From contig CAVVKN010000009.1 of NCBI GenBank assembly GCA_963748825.1, positions 224,001 to 288,000 on the forward strand: DNA of 64,000 nt, written 5' to 3'. How positions within the stretch are numbered: position 1 is the stretch's first letter; the number at the start of each line of letters is the position of its first letter. This stretch comes from Methanotrichaceae archaeon (GTDB lineage Archaea; Halobacteriota; Methanosarcinia; Methanotrichales; Methanotrichaceae). The notes under the pieces are model-generated. The model was not told where the DNA came from. It ran no database searches and saw only the letters and a list, made by a program, of their open reading frames with translations. The translations under genes were made by a program, and so were the position numbers. Below are positions 18,726 through 29,679 of the stretch, one piece after another.

Positions 18726-21416
18726 ATGGGAAAAAATGAGGGATTGATGAAAGTCGTGAAAATCGTGGTCGTAGCGATTGTTTTTGTCCTGATGCTTGTA
18801 ACGATGCCTGTTGGCGCTGATTCTGGACTTCCAGGCGGCATTGCGAAGATCAAAGATTGGGATCAGGCACATGAGTCTTTTAATTTTTCATTAGGGGAGG
18901 TTACCTCAGAAGGAGGGGACTTCTTCATTGCAGTAGATAGAATTTACGTTTTTGATTCACCAGGAATAATTGATATGGGGAATATACCTCTTGCGGATAT
19001 AAAAGAGGCACCGGAATCTGGATACAAGGAAACGGCAAAACCAATTGAAGCACACTCTTATGTCATAAGGTCACACGGGAAGTATGGAAAGATTCGCATT
19101 GAAGACATATTCACTCCTGAGGATTATGAATGGATTTCAGTTGCGGAATATGAGTTTGATTGGGTCTATCAGCCCGATGGAATGAGAAGTCTTGGAGTTG
19201 GAGAAGCTCCAGGCGAGCCAGATACCCAGGGGCAAACTGGGACTGGTGGAGAGTATGAATGTCCTCGGGATGCTCAACAGGCATATCAACAGTACATGGC
19301 AGCTTACAACAGGCTGGCCACCTTGATGGCCAAAGGCAAAGGGGATACGCCAGAAGGGCAGGAAGCATATCAAGAGTTTTCGAAGGCCAAGACCTGCTAC
19401 GATAGCCAGGGGCAAACTGGGACTGGGGGAGAGTATGAATGTCCTCAGGATGCTCAACAGGCTTACCAACAGTACATTGCCGCTTACAACAAGCTAACCT
19501 ACCTGACTGCCGAAGGTGGGGGGGATACGCCAGAAGCGAAGGAAGCATACAAAGAATACGCTGCGATGAAGGCCTGCTACGAGAACAAGACCTCGGGAAT
19601 AGGGCCATCACCCACGCTCACACTTACGCCTACATCAACCTCTGCCCCTACGCCAACCCATACACCAACCACGAATCCAACCACAATACCGATGCCCGCA
19701 TCAGCCCCTACATCAACCCTTAATCCAGTCCCGATGCCAACACCTCAGCAGACTGGCTTCTCTCAGTTTGAGGTTCCACCTAAAGGGGAATGGGCCGGAG
19801 AGTCGTGGTTCAATACCCACCTCAACGTGACTATGGGACAGATGATTTCCATTAACGCCTCGGGAACAGTTCAACCGAGCACCAGCAGGGACTTATTTTG
19901 TGGACCCGACGGAACATTTGCGGTTGACTATTGGCTAAATGATTACTCTTTCCGCTCGGATTGGGGGCACGGAGCGCTGATCGCAAGAATCGGTGCGGCA
20001 GGAACTCCGATTTTCATTGGCAACAATACCACGTTCACCACCCCCACTGGAGGCGAGGTTTGGCTCGGCGTTAATGACATCGATCCTGGCAACAATGCCG
20101 GCGAATTTGTGGTTGAGGTGTGTCTGGGACAAGCCTCTACATCCACAGACGGTGAGCTGCAGCGGCTGTATCCTGTGGCTGACGGGGACGTATATGCTTA
20201 CTCGTACCTCAACTGGAACTGGGCTAACTGGGGCATGTACAAAACTATGGCCGCTGGTTGGCACCCGGTGGGTGGAGAAAGGCGCGCATACCTGAGATTT
20301 GACCTGCCGGCCGGTCTTGACATCAGCCGCGCTGTTCTCAAGCTTTACCAGTACCAAAATGCGGGCCCCGTTCACACCCTCGGTGTGTACAGAGTAACAA
20401 GCTCGTGGGACGAGGGCACCGACACTTATCATTCGGGTGAAGTGGAAAAAAAAGCGGCACCTGGCGAATTATGCTGGATGCAACAACCGTCTTTCGACCC
20501 CGTTCCTGTAGCGACATTCACTTCAGCAACTACGGTGCCAACATGGGTAGAAGTGGACATCACGTCGCTGGTGCAGCAATGGCAAGACGACGCTCCCAAC
20601 TATGGCCTGGTGGTCAAGACAACCAATGAGCACCCTACCTCGAGCGATGCTGAGGCTAAGTCCGGGTTCTATACAAAAGAGCATCCAGATCAGGCGAACC
20701 GCCCGGTCCTGGAGTTATCACTTACAACGCAGGCACAGCAATTGAGAATATCGGATTTGCGGGGAACTCTTAACACCGATAATGACTGCAACTTGTACGT
20801 TGCTGACTGGGGAGATAACCAAGTGAAAATGATCAATCCTGATGGAAGCGCTAGCTCCTACACAAGTGGAATTGATCGACCCCGCTACCAAATATTTGAC
20901 CAAGCCGGGAACTTATATATGGGCTCCTTTGACGGAAATATCTACCAGGTCTCGGCTTCTGGGAAAAAGACAGTCGTTGCAAGTGGGATCTGGAGCCCAC
21001 AGGGTATGGGTTTCGACAGTGATGGCAATCTCTACGTGGCTGGGGGCTACGATGGAAAGATACACCGCATAGCTCCCGATGGATCCAAGACCGCCATGGA
21101 TTCCGGTTTCACCTATCCCAAGCATCTGGCAGTAAAAACCGATGGAAACGTATACGTAGTCGGTAACAGTGGGACTATTGTCCTCAGGATTACTCCAGGG
21201 GGAGATAAAGCAAACTTGGTGGATATTAACGAGACCATATTAGGTATGGCAACGGACGGCGAGTATCTTTACGTATCACACTCGGATAAAATCTCCAGGA
21301 TAGATTCCTTCGGACAGGTCACCCAAATCGCAATCGATCTCGATCAACCCAGCAGCCTGACAGTGTGCAGCGGCAACGTTTTTGTCACGGTAAGGGATGG
21401 AATTGTGAAGATGTAG
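18726..21416 (+). CDS. Large secreted multidomain protein: two helical repeats, Pro/Thr linker, LecA/PA-IL-like domain, DNRLRE-like domain, NHL-like beta-propeller
   Basis: Signal peptide; WFNT...GQMISINASGT...GALIARIG...LGVND...NNAGEF; RAYLRFDL...AVLKLY...WVEVDITSLVQQW...NYGL...RPVLEL; PQGMGFDSDGNLYVA repeats. Confidence 0.8.
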   Translation: MGKNEGLMKVVKIVVVAIVFVLMLVTMPVGADSGLPGGIAKIKDWDQAHESFNFSLGEVTSEGGDFFIAVDRIYVFDSPGIIDMGNIPLADIKEAPESGYKETAKPIEAHSYVIRSHGKYGKIRIEDIFTPEDYEWISVAEYEFDWVYQPDGMRSLGVGEAPGEPDTQGQTGTGGEYECPRDAQQAYQQYMAAYNRLATLMAKGKGDTPEGQEAYQEFSKAKTCYDSQGQTGTGGEYECPQDAQQAYQQYIAAYNKLTYLTAEGGGDTPEAKEAYKEYAAMKACYENKTSGIGPSPTLTLTPTSTSAPTPTHTPTTNPTTIPMPASAPTSTLNPVPMPTPQQTGFSQFEVPPKGEWAGESWFNTHLNVTMGQMISINASGTVQPSTSRDLFCGPDGTFAVDYWLNDYSFRSDWGHGALIARIGAAGTPIFIGNNTTFTTPTGGEVWLGVNDIDPGNNAGEFVVEVCLGQASTSTDGELQRLYPVADGDVYAYSYLNWNWANWGMYKTMAAGWHPVGGERRAYLRFDLPAGLDISRAVLKLYQYQNAGPVHTLGVYRVTSSWDEGTDTYHSGEVEKKAAPGELCWMQQPSFDPVPVATFTSATTVPTWVEVDITSLVQQWQDDAPNYGLVVKTTNEHPTSSDAEAKSGFYTKEHPDQANRPVLELSLTTQAQQLRISDLRGTLNTDNDCNLYVADWGDNQVKMINPDGSASSYTSGIDRPRYQIFDQAGNLYMGSFDGNIYQVSASGKKTVVASGIWSPQGMGFDSDGNLYVAGGYDGKIHRIAPDGSKTAMDSGFTYPKHLAVKTDGNVYVVGNSGTIVLRITPGGDKANLVDINETILGMATDGEYLYVSHSDKISRIDSFGQVTQIAIDLDQPSSLTVCSGNVFVTVRDGIVKM
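19221..19581 (+). repeat. Intragenic 180-nt tandem duplication (GQTGTGGEYECPxDAQQAYQQY...GDTPE...CY)
   Basis: CCAGGGGCAAACTGGGACTGG at 19226 and 19406. Confidence 0.9.
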
Positions 21417-21485
21417 ATTTCTGATGAGATAAAAAACCGGGACCTTTGATTTGACCGGTGCCCGGGGGGTGAGAGATAATGGTGG

Positions 21486-21633
21486 ATGGCAACCTACGAG
21501 CGGAGCCATATGTAGTGGCCGAAGATATCTATGCTTTGGCTTCGCATGTAGGGTGCAGCAGATGGACCTGGTACACCGGGGAGCGTCGGGCCGGATGTAT
21601 CGTCTCATATTGGAATCCCTAATTGAGAAATGA
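21486..21633 (+). pseudogene. Remnant of GH94 / cyclic beta-1,2-glucan synthase phosphorylase C-terminal region
   Basis: Across frames MATY/EPYVVAEDIYALASHVGCSRWTWYTG/SGRMYRLILESLI, resembling the GH94 EPYVxAADxY...GGWTWYTGSAGWMYR motif. Confidence 0.6.
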
Positions 21634-21721
21634 ACATTGGGACGACGCAGTTTTAAGCCAAAGATCTGGCCTCATAACTTGCTCATGAGGTGGCGAGGGG
21701 GTTCTGGATATATAAAGGCGG

Positions 21722-21759
21722 AATACCTTGTGCATACAAATTTGTATGCACAAGGTATT
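21722..21759. repeat. Perfect 38-bp palindrome
   Basis: AATACCTTGTGCATACAAA|TTTGTATGCACAAGGTATT with no spacer, abutting a TTTTTAAATA box. Confidence 0.95.
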
Positions 21760-21819
21760 TTTAAATAGCTCCTTCTCGTATGTTAGAATGCCCTGAAAAG
21801 GGGAAGAGGTGAATGTGTT

Positions 21820-22089
21820 ATGCTTTTCATTGCACTGGCTAAGTTCAAGAAAAAGCTGAGCAAGGAAATTATTGCAGAGAACATGAAGGATATAGAGGCC
21901 GACACGAAAGGACAGGTTCGATACCTGGGCATCTACTGGACTCTCGGAAGGTACGATACCGTTGTGCTATTTGAAGCCCCAAATGAAAAAGTAGCGATGA
22001 ATATGGCCTTAAAAAGAGCGGACCGGATGGATATAGAGATTCTCGTGGCCGTACCAGCAGAAGAAGGGAGTCCTGCTGGACCGGCCTAA
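21820..22089 (+). CDS. GYD domain protein
   Basis: YWTLGRYDTVVLFEAPNE signature; GAGGTGA RBS. Confidence 0.9.
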   Translation: MLFIALAKFKKKLSKEIIAENMKDIEADTKGQVRYLGIYWTLGRYDTVVLFEAPNEKVAMNMALKRADRMDIEILVAVPAEEGSPAGPA

Positions 22090-22118
22090 CCCTGGTTTTT
22101 GATGCATTCTAGAATGAC

Positions 22119-23027
22119 TCAAAATGGTGCGATACCAGCGACTGCGCAGCCCACCAGGAATCCAAAAATCACTCCGGAATTGAGGAAGGGCAGTCCCGCC
22201 TGGGGCCGATCCCGCGAGGTGGTCATCAAGAGGAAGAAGCCGAGATAGGTGCCCAGCATGGCTCCTATTGCCGGAAAATTTACGCCGAAAAAGCCGCCGG
22301 CAGGAAGCGAGGTGTAAGCCGATATGACCAGAATAGTGGGTATGATGGCATCTCCCAGGCCCAGGAAGAAAGCTCCCCTCTTGCCGCTCGTCTGGTTGCC
22401 GCCGGCATTCTCCGCCTGATCGCTGCCGTTCGAGGTTGAGACTGGAGCCGGATCCTTCCGGAAGCTGTAGCTGCGGCTCCTCGGCACCACAAAGAGCAGA
22501 GGAGCTTTTATCTTTATCACGCCTTCCGCCAAAGAGACCATATGGCGGGTCTTGTAGACAGAGAGGGCATCGTAGACTGCCAGGATGATTAACAGCAAGA
22601 GAGTAGGAAGAATTGTCATGCTCACTCCGAATAGCGAGCTGATGCCGGCGCAGACGGCAATGCCGAAGGCGTCGATGACATACCACTCCGGATAGTAGCG
22701 AAGCAGAAGAAGCACGGCAGCTGTAGGCAGCAGCGCTAGCCAGGGAGGCAGGAAGGCCACCATCAGATAATAGATGCTTGTGGCAATTGATAATTGTATA
22801 AATCCGGAGACAACCCAGCTCTTCTTCTTTTTTATGGCCAGGAGAAGAAGAGCCGTGAAGACCAGGATGAGAAGCATATAGACGACGGGATTCGAGGCTG
22901 ATGTGGGATCCTCAAAGACCCTGTAGTCGCTGGCGGAGATGGCTGGTGTGACAGCCAGAGCCAAAATCTGAACGGCCACCACGAAGAGCAGCATGATCAG
23001 AACCGGAATCCTTGAACTCTCGGACAT
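22119..23027 (-). CDS. Presenilin-family intramembrane aspartyl protease (PSH, A22)
   Basis: Multiple TM helices; LAVYDA and GLGD catalytic motifs; PQAGLP. Confidence 0.92.
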   Translation of the reverse strand: MSESSRIPVLIMLLFVVAVQILALAVTPAISASDYRVFEDPTSASNPVVYMLLILVFTALLLLAIKKKKSWVVSGFIQLSIATSIYYLMVAFLPPWLALLPTAAVLLLLRYYPEWYVIDAFGIAVCAGISSLFGVSMTILPTLLLLIILAVYDALSVYKTRHMVSLAEGVIKIKAPLLFVVPRSRSYSFRKDPAPVSTSNGSDQAENAGGNQTSGKRGAFFLGLGDAIIPTILVISAYTSLPAGGFFGVNFPAIGAMLGTYLGFFLLMTTSRDRPQAGLPFLNSGVIFGFLVGCAVAGIAPF

Positions 23028-23042
23028 AATCTCTCGCGCCGC

Positions 23043-23591
23043 TCAAAGCTCCCGGCTTTTCTCATTCGCATCATTCTTCTTTTTCTCTTCCAGGAGCTGC
23101 AGGTAGGAGCTTCTAATCGACTCGTGTAGACCCAATCGGCTTAATATGGATAAAACCTTCCGTTTCTGTTCCTCATAGTCGCCATCGCCTTCTGCCTCCA
23201 CTTCCACGAAGCGGCCCAGCCCCTCCACCTCATCTATTGCCAGAACGACTCCATCATAGGAATACTTGCTCCTGCGCTTTCTTACCTGAGCAGATAGCAC
23301 AAATCCTAAGGAAGAGAGAATCTGCTCCATCTGTTGAGGATCGTCGATTTTCACAGTCCTTTCCAGGCGCGACTTGGTGGTTTGGTCAAGCTTGGGCCCC
23401 TTGTAAGTCAGACGTGCTCCCCCTTCCTTGATGCGGATACGCAGGGCCTCATCGCTGACTATAAAGTCACGCAAAGGCGAATTGAAATAAAGGTCCTGGT
23501 GGTTTTCCACCACCAGCAATACGGCCCCCAGAGCAGCGATCTTCTCGGCCATGTCCTCTGGGGCGCGGGCCTTAACCTCGACCTCGATCAT
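23043..23591 (-). CDS. cyaB: CYTH/class IV adenylate cyclase-like protein
   Basis: [29 protein letters not shown]. Confidence 0.9.
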   Translation of the reverse strand: MIEVEVKARAPEDMAEKIAALGAVLLVVENHQDLYFNSPLRDFIVSDEALRIRIKEGGARLTYKGPKLDQTTKSRLERTVKIDDPQQMEQILSSLGFVLSAQVRKRRSKYSYDGVVLAIDEVEGLGRFVEVEAEGDGDYEEQKRKVLSILSRLGLHESIRSSYLQLLEEKKKNDANEKSREL

Positions 23592-26170
23592 CTTCGAACC
23601 AGCACTGTGGCCTTTCCCAGGCGCAGTATATCTACGGCCTCGCCTGCGGAAAGATTCTCCACGACAATCTCTGCTGCCTCTGGTGGGACCTCGATGATCT
23701 CACCGTCCACTGGGACCGCAATTGTTCCCCCTGCCTTCTGGCTGGCAACCAGGGCCGGGTCCATGCCACCCAGGGCTTTTATGATCTTGCCGCTCTTGTC
23801 CTTGAACCTGGGGCCTATTATTTTCATCTGCGGCTTGACGGCTACGGCCTTCATCTCGATCATGGGGCTTCCCGTACGGCTATCGACTTGAGAGTTAGCC
23901 ACGCCAACGAGATCAATGGTCTCCAGGGCCAGATCAGAGTATACTACTATCCCCGGAAGAGGCGAATTGAGGGCCATGCCTTTCTCTGCCTTGTAGCGGC
24001 GCAGCGCTGCGGCAATTTCTTTTATGGCAAGTCCTGCCGGATCGATCTCTATGCCGAAGGGCTCTGGCCAGCTCTGCACATGCACGCTCTTTCCAGTGAG
24101 GGTATGATGAATCTCCTCGGAGATGAAGGGGGTGAAGGGCGCCATGAGCTTGGAGAGCGTCTCCAGAGCCGTGTAAAGAGTATTTTGGGCTGCCCTCTTC
24201 TCCGGCCCGTCCGGCCCGTAGAGACGGGCCTTGACCAGTTCTATGTAATTGTCGGCCAGGACCTCCCAGGCAAAGCCGCGAATGGCCTTCATGGTCTCAT
24301 CAAACTGGAAAGCGTCCATGGCAATGGTGGCCTTCGTGATGAGTGAATCCAGCTCCCCCAGGAGCCAGCGATCCACTTGACCGGGAACGGCATCAACTTT
24401 GGCAATAAGGGGCAACGAGAAGCGATAGATCGACCAGAGCTTCTGCTGGAAGCGACTGGCTGCCGTGATCTCCTTCCACTGGAACATAATGTCATTTCCA
24501 GGGGACCCGCCCATGGCCCCCCACTGGCGGAGCGCATCGGCGCCATTGGTCAGGAAGACCTCCTCGGGGCGTATGAAGTTGTTTAAAGACTTGGACATCT
24601 TGTGCCCGTCCTCACCTAGAGCCATGCCGTTGACGAGAATGGTATCCCAGGGCTTGACGCCCTCCAGGGATTTCGTGCGCAAAATGGTGTAAAAAGCCCA
24701 GGTGCGGATGATGTCATGCCCCTGCGGTCTTAGCTGCGTGGGCATGCGCAGATCCTTTCCCTTTCGATCCGGCCAGCCGGCTACCGCCAGGGCAGAGATG
24801 GAGCTGTCCATCCAGGTGTCCAGGACATCCTGCTCCGGGATGAAATCATCGCTTCCGCACTTGCATTTCTCAGGCGGATGAGTCTGGTTGGGGTCCAATG
24901 GAAGCCACTCTTCCCGGGCAACTTTTACCTCTTGGCAATGGCGGCAATACCAGACGGGTATGGGCGTGGCAAATATCCTCTGCCGGGAGATGCACCAATC
25001 CCATTCCACAGAGTCTGCCCAGTTCTTAAGCCGGACCTGCATGTGGGGAGGTACCCAATCGATCTCCTCGGCCGTCTTCTTGATCTCCTCGGAATTGATT
25101 TTGACAAACCACTGCCGCTCAGATAAAATCTCAATGGGCGCCTTGCACCGCCAGCAGAGGCCCACATTCTGCTCCAGTGGCTCCTGCTTGAAGATTATCC
25201 CCTCATTTATCATATCCTGGGTGATCTTATTCTTGGCCTCGGTCACAGATAGGCCCGCGTAGGGCCCGGCGATGGCCGTCAGCACTCCCTCGCGATCTAT
25301 GGCCTGGCGCAACGGAAGGTGATGCTCCATCCACCATCTCACATCCTGCCGGTCTCCAAAGGTGCAGATCATGACAATTCCCGTTCCAAAGCTCGTGTCC
25401 ACCACAGGATCAGCCAGCACAGGAACTTCGTAATTGAATATGGGAACCAAGACATTCTTGCCGATATATTGGCGGTAGCGCTCATCATTGGGATTCACAG
25501 CTACGGCCACGCAGGCAGGCAGAAGCTCGGGCCGGGAGGTGGCGATCTGCATCTCGCCGTCCTGTGCAGAAAAACGCATGTAATTTAGAGTCGTGGTGCG
25601 AGAATCGTATTCCACTTCAGCAAAGGCTATGGCGGTGCCGCAGCGGGGACACCAGTTGACGGGATGGTTCGCCCGGTAGATCTGGCCGCTCTGGTACATG
25701 CGCACGAAAGAGGTTTGCGTCTTGACATAGTACTCCGGCTTCATGGTTACGTACTCGTTGGACCAGTCAATGGATAGGCCCAGCCGTCCCATGGACAGAT
25801 GAAAACGCTCGATGGCCTCAAAAGTCAGCTTCTCGCACAGCCGCCGAAACTCTTCTCGAGGAACCTGGTTCTTTGTGATATGGTTTAGCTGTTCTACCTT
25901 TACCTCGGTAGGAAGCCCGTGGCAGTCCCAGCCCTGCGGGAACATGACGTTATAGCCTCGCATGCGCTTGTAGCGAGCCACGTAGTCGATGTAACACCAG
26001 TTAAGAGCGTTTCCAATATGGAAGTCTCCCGTGGGGTAGGGTGGAGGTGTGTCAATGATGTATTGCGGTTTTTTCGATTCCCAATCGAAGTGATAAATTG
26101 AACTGTCCCAACTCTGCACCCATTTCTCTTCCACTTGACTAAAGTTGTACTCCTTGGAGACCTCGCTCAT
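23588..26170 (-). CDS. valS: Valyl-tRNA synthetase
   Basis: DTPPPY, HIGN, WDCHGLP, WCISRQR, KMSKS. Confidence 0.97.
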   Translation of the reverse strand: MSEVSKEYNFSQVEEKWVQSWDSSIYHFDWESKKPQYIIDTPPPYPTGDFHIGNALNWCYIDYVARYKRMRGYNVMFPQGWDCHGLPTEVKVEQLNHITKNQVPREEFRRLCEKLTFEAIERFHLSMGRLGLSIDWSNEYVTMKPEYYVKTQTSFVRMYQSGQIYRANHPVNWCPRCGTAIAFAEVEYDSRTTTLNYMRFSAQDGEMQIATSRPELLPACVAVAVNPNDERYRQYIGKNVLVPIFNYEVPVLADPVVDTSFGTGIVMICTFGDRQDVRWWMEHHLPLRQAIDREGVLTAIAGPYAGLSVTEAKNKITQDMINEGIIFKQEPLEQNVGLCWRCKAPIEILSERQWFVKINSEEIKKTAEEIDWVPPHMQVRLKNWADSVEWDWCISRQRIFATPIPVWYCRHCQEVKVAREEWLPLDPNQTHPPEKCKCGSDDFIPEQDVLDTWMDSSISALAVAGWPDRKGKDLRMPTQLRPQGHDIIRTWAFYTILRTKSLEGVKPWDTILVNGMALGEDGHKMSKSLNNFIRPEEVFLTNGADALRQWGAMGGSPGNDIMFQWKEITAASRFQQKLWSIYRFSLPLIAKVDAVPGQVDRWLLGELDSLITKATIAMDAFQFDETMKAIRGFAWEVLADNYIELVKARLYGPDGPEKRAAQNTLYTALETLSKLMAPFTPFISEEIHHTLTGKSVHVQSWPEPFGIEIDPAGLAIKEIAAALRRYKAEKGMALNSPLPGIVVYSDLALETIDLVGVANSQVDSRTGSPMIEMKAVAVKPQMKIIGPRFKDKSGKIIKALGGMDPALVASQKAGGTIAVPVDGEIIEVPPEAAEIVVENLSAGEAVDILRLGKATVLVRR

Positions 26171-26246
26171 CAGAATGCTCCTGCTCTTTGGCTGCATGAG
26201 CAGTTGAACACAATGTTAATAGGATTATCGGTAGACCAATAGCAAT

Positions 26247-26738
26247 ATGCAACTCCTGATCTATCATGCAGATCAATGCGACCCCAAGAAATGCTCGGGC
26301 AAAAAGTTGGCTCGCTTCGATCTGGTTCGCTTAACCCGTCATATAAACCAGCTCCGGCCTTTCCTGGTGTTAAGTCCCTTTTCAGAAAAGGCGCTCTCCC
26401 CAGAGGACAAAGGGGCAAGAGGACTTGCCGCCCTGGACTGCAGCTGGGCCCAGGCCGAGGAGGTCTTCTTGCGCTTTAAGCTAATGGAGAGGGCACTGCC
26501 ATTCCTGGTGGCCGCCAATCCCGTAAACTATGGAAAACCCTTCAAGCTCTCCACAGTGGAGGCACTGGCTGCGGGGCTCATCATCTTAGGAGAGAGAGAG
26601 CAGGCTGAATTGATACTCTCCAAATTCAACTGGGGACATGTCTTTTTAAAACTCAACCAGGAGCCGTTGCAGGAGTACGCCGCAGCAAAAAACTCAGCTG
26701 AGGTGGTGAAAATTCAGGAGGCATATTTATCTGGATAA
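26247..26738 (+). CDS. tsr3: 16S rRNA aminocarboxypropyltransferase Tsr3 (DUF367)
   Basis: [39 protein letters not shown]. Confidence 0.93.
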   Translation: MQLLIYHADQCDPKKCSGKKLARFDLVRLTRHINQLRPFLVLSPFSEKALSPEDKGARGLAALDCSWAQAEEVFLRFKLMERALPFLVAANPVNYGKPFKLSTVEALAAGLIILGEREQAELILSKFNWGHVFLKLNQEPLQEYAAAKNSAEVVKIQEAYLSG

Positions 26739-26744
26739 AAAAAT

Positions 26745-26869
26745 TTCGAGCTAGCAGTTTCGCTTCCCGCCTGCATTAAAATGGACGGGGCTATGGGCCC
26801 GTCTTGCAGAAAGGCGTCGTGCAGATCACCATTCCCAAAGAGGTCGCCATAATCAGAAAACGCATATGA
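26745..26869 (+). pseudogene. Possible Hsp20/alpha-crystallin C-terminal remnant
   Basis: FELAVSLPACIKMDGA / LQKGVVQITIPKE across a frameshift. Confidence 0.4.
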
Positions 26870-26878
26870 ATTGGCTGA

Positions 26879-28087
26879 TCAGGGTGCATCATTTTGGAGA
26901 AGTATATGGTGCATTTTGTCCCTCTTCGTCTCCAGATATCTTCTATTGACATTATTGGGCTCAGTCTCAAGAGCAACGCGCTCTACAATCTTCAGGCCGT
27001 AGCCTTCCAGACCAATCACCTTGCGAGGATTGTTGGTCAAGAGACGAATCTCTTTTATGCCCAGATCTACTAAAATCTGGGCGCCAATGCCGTAATCTCG
27101 AAGATCGGCCGGGTAGCCCAGTTCGTTATTGGCCTCAACCGTATCCGAGCCGGCATCCTGCAGGGCATAGGCGCGAAGCTTATTGGCGAGGCCAATGCCC
27201 CTGCCCTCCTGACGCATGTAAAGAAATACTCCATTTCCGTTCTCACTGATGAGATGCAAGGCCTTGCGAAGCTGCTCGCCGCAATCGCAACGCTGGGAGG
27301 AGAAGACATCTCCCGTGAGGCACTCCGAATGCACCCGGACCAAGGCATCTGGGGCTGCGGGATCACCGGACACGAAGGCGACGTGACACTGTCCGTCCAA
27401 AATGGACTCATAGCCTATCGCCCTAAAGTATCCGTACTCTGTGGGCATGCTCACATCCGAGACCTTGCGGATTAGCTTCTCGCGCTGCATGCGGTAGCTG
27501 ATGAGGCTCTCGATGGTCACCATTCTAAGGTTGTTTTGCTCTGCAAAGACCTCCAGCTCGGGCAGTCTGGCCATACTGCCGTCATCATTCATGATCTCAC
27601 AGATGACTCCCGCTGGATTTAGGCCCGCCAGCCGGGCTAGGTCCACGCAGGCCTCGGTATGGCCGGTGCGCCGCAAGACGCCTCCCTCTTTGGCCTGCAA
27701 GGGAAAGAGATGGCCAGGAGTGACAATATCGCTTCGCCTCGTTTTGGGGTCGATAAGCGTTTGCACTGTCGTCGCTCGATCAAAAGCAGAGATACCGGTG
27801 GTAGTGTTGGCCCTGGCATCCACGGATACCGTAAATGCCGTGCCCATGGACTCCGTATTCTGGGCAGTCATGAGGGGAAGGTCCAGCTCCCGCAACCTTT
27901 CCGCCGTCATGGGCATGCAGATCAGGCCGCGAGCAAAGCGAGCCATGAAATTGATGGCATCAGGCGTCACCTTTTCCGCGGCCATCATCAGGTCGCCCTC
28001 GTTCTCTCGGTTCTCATCGTCCAATACTATGATGAAGCGGCCCGACTGGATATCTAAAATCGCATCTTCTACAGAACAAAATGGCAT
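26879..28087 (-). CDS. ribBA: Bifunctional DHBP synthase / GTP cyclohydrolase II
   Basis: [34 protein letters not shown]...[19 protein letters not shown]. Confidence 0.95.
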   Translation of the reverse strand: MPFCSVEDAILDIQSGRFIIVLDDENRENEGDLMMAAEKVTPDAINFMARFARGLICMPMTAERLRELDLPLMTAQNTESMGTAFTVSVDARANTTTGISAFDRATTVQTLIDPKTRRSDIVTPGHLFPLQAKEGGVLRRTGHTEACVDLARLAGLNPAGVICEIMNDDGSMARLPELEVFAEQNNLRMVTIESLISYRMQREKLIRKVSDVSMPTEYGYFRAIGYESILDGQCHVAFVSGDPAAPDALVRVHSECLTGDVFSSQRCDCGEQLRKALHLISENGNGVFLYMRQEGRGIGLANKLRAYALQDAGSDTVEANNELGYPADLRDYGIGAQILVDLGIKEIRLLTNNPRKVIGLEGYGLKIVERVALETEPNNVNRRYLETKRDKMHHILLQNDAP

Positions 28088-28196
28088 ATAAGACGGTAAG
28101 CAGTACTGCCGAATACTTAAGAGTTTTGTGCCAATCGCAAAATAGTATGAAGCCCGCAAAAAAGGACTTCAGATGATACAGATGAGGAGAGCGCAA

Positions 28197-29213
28197 TCAG
28201 GACCAGACACCCGCCAATGCGCTGCCGCATTTACTGCAATGCCCATCGATCACGGAATTTCTCATGATACTGTATCCCAGCCGTTCAATCTGTTCCTCTT
28301 TGCAGACGGGGCAGATGGTATTCTCACTCTCGCCTGGAATGTTCCCGACGTAGACGTACTTAAGTCCCGCCTTGCGGCCGGCCAGCAGGCCCCTGCGAAG
28401 CGACTCTATCCCTGTCCGGGGAACATCTTTCATCTTGTACATGGGATAGAAGGCAGAGATATGCCAGGGCATATCCGGACTCACACCGGCCAGAAACTCG
28501 GCTAGATCCTTTAGCACCGCATCGGAATCGTTGTAGCCGGGAATGAGGAGGGTTGTAACCTCTACCCAGACGCCTCTCTTCCGGAACAGATCGATGTTGT
28601 GCTCAACAGGCTCGAGCTTTGCTCCGCAGACCTTGCGGTAGAATTGATCATCACCCTTCAGATCGATGTTTATGCCGTCCAAAATGGGCGCGATCTTTTG
28701 CGCGGCCTCTTCGCCCATGTAGCCGTTGCTGACAAAGACATTCTTCAGGCCCTCCTCGTGGGCCAATGCTGCCACATCAAAGGCGTACTCGAAGAAGATG
28801 GTGGGCTCGGAATAGGTGTAGGCTATGGACTGACAGCCGAGAGCATTAGCATTCGCAACTACACTCTTCGGGCTTACGAATTCTCCCGGTATCTGGCCGG
28901 TTTCCCGAGGCAGTTGGGAGATGTCCGCATTCTGGCAGTGCAGGCAGCGGAAGTTGCAGCCCACCGTAGCTATAGAATAGGCGAGGCTTCCCGGCAGAAA
29001 ATGAAAGAAGGGCTTCTTCTCAATGGGGTCGGCATTGGCGGCCACCAGGCTTCCATATACCATGGTCATCAGCTTTCCATTCCGGTTTTCCCGCACGCCG
29101 CAGATACCCCTCTTGCTGGAACGGATACGGCATTGCTGGTGGCATAGACTGCACTCGACGTCGCCATCCAGTTTTTCCCAGAATTGGGCCTCTCTAATCG
29201 TCTCTGAAGCCAT
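28197..29213 (-). CDS. amrS: AmmeMemoRadiSam system radical SAM enzyme
   Basis: DPIEKKPFFHFLPG, GCNFRCLHCQN, AYTYSEP, terminal Cys pairs. Confidence 0.92.
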   Translation of the reverse strand: MASETIREAQFWEKLDGDVECSLCHQQCRIRSSKRGICGVRENRNGKLMTMVYGSLVAANADPIEKKPFFHFLPGSLAYSIATVGCNFRCLHCQNADISQLPRETGQIPGEFVSPKSVVANANALGCQSIAYTYSEPTIFFEYAFDVAALAHEEGLKNVFVSNGYMGEEAAQKIAPILDGINIDLKGDDQFYRKVCGAKLEPVEHNIDLFRKRGVWVEVTTLLIPGYNDSDAVLKDLAEFLAGVSPDMPWHISAFYPMYKMKDVPRTGIESLRRGLLAGRKAGLKYVYVGNIPGESENTICPVCKEEQIERLGYSIMRNSVIDGHCSKCGSALAGVWS

Positions 29214-29322
29214 AAATAAACACCAGAGTATTCAAGGCACTCATAATATGTATAACAATGGTGTACAAAATTTAATATCAATTTTTGGTTGGAAAAAAGT
29301 GGCTTTGGGGGCAAAATGCCCT

Positions 29323-29679
29323 TTACTCTTTTCTGCTCAGAACCAGGCTTGCGACTGCTAAGAGGCCGACTATGGCAAAGACGCCCTCAAATCCGGGTGC
29401 AGCCTTCTCGGCAGCCTTAGTAGCCTCGGTAGCGGACGCGTTAACCTTCTCTTCTGCCTTGGTAGCGGCTTCCGTGACCTTCTCTTTTGCCGCGACAGCG
29501 CTCTCGTTGACCTTCTCTTCAGCAACAGCGGCCGCAGCGGTTACAGCCTCCGCGGCATGCTCTTCAGCAACAGCGACTGCGCCGGTTGCAGCTCCAGCAG
29601 CAGTCTCTTCCGCATTTACAACTACAATAGCTGTGAGCAGCATCATCAGCGCAACAAGCATAATCGAAACGATCTTCAT
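29323..29679 (-). CDS. Small Ala/Glu-rich surface protein with PGF-CTERM anchor
   Basis: Signal peptide; APGFEGVFAIVGLLAVASLVLSRKE. Confidence 0.85.
   Translation of the reverse strand: MKIVSIMLVALMMLLTAIVVVNAEETAAGAATGAVAVAEEHAAEAVTAAAAVAEEKVNESAVAAKEKVTEAATKAEEKVNASATEATKAAEKAAPGFEGVFAIVGLLAVASLVLSRKE

Noticed and set aside
28088-28196. FMN riboswitch upstream of ribBA
   Set aside because: Only ~110 nt of intergenic sequence and none of the conserved RFN sequence blocks
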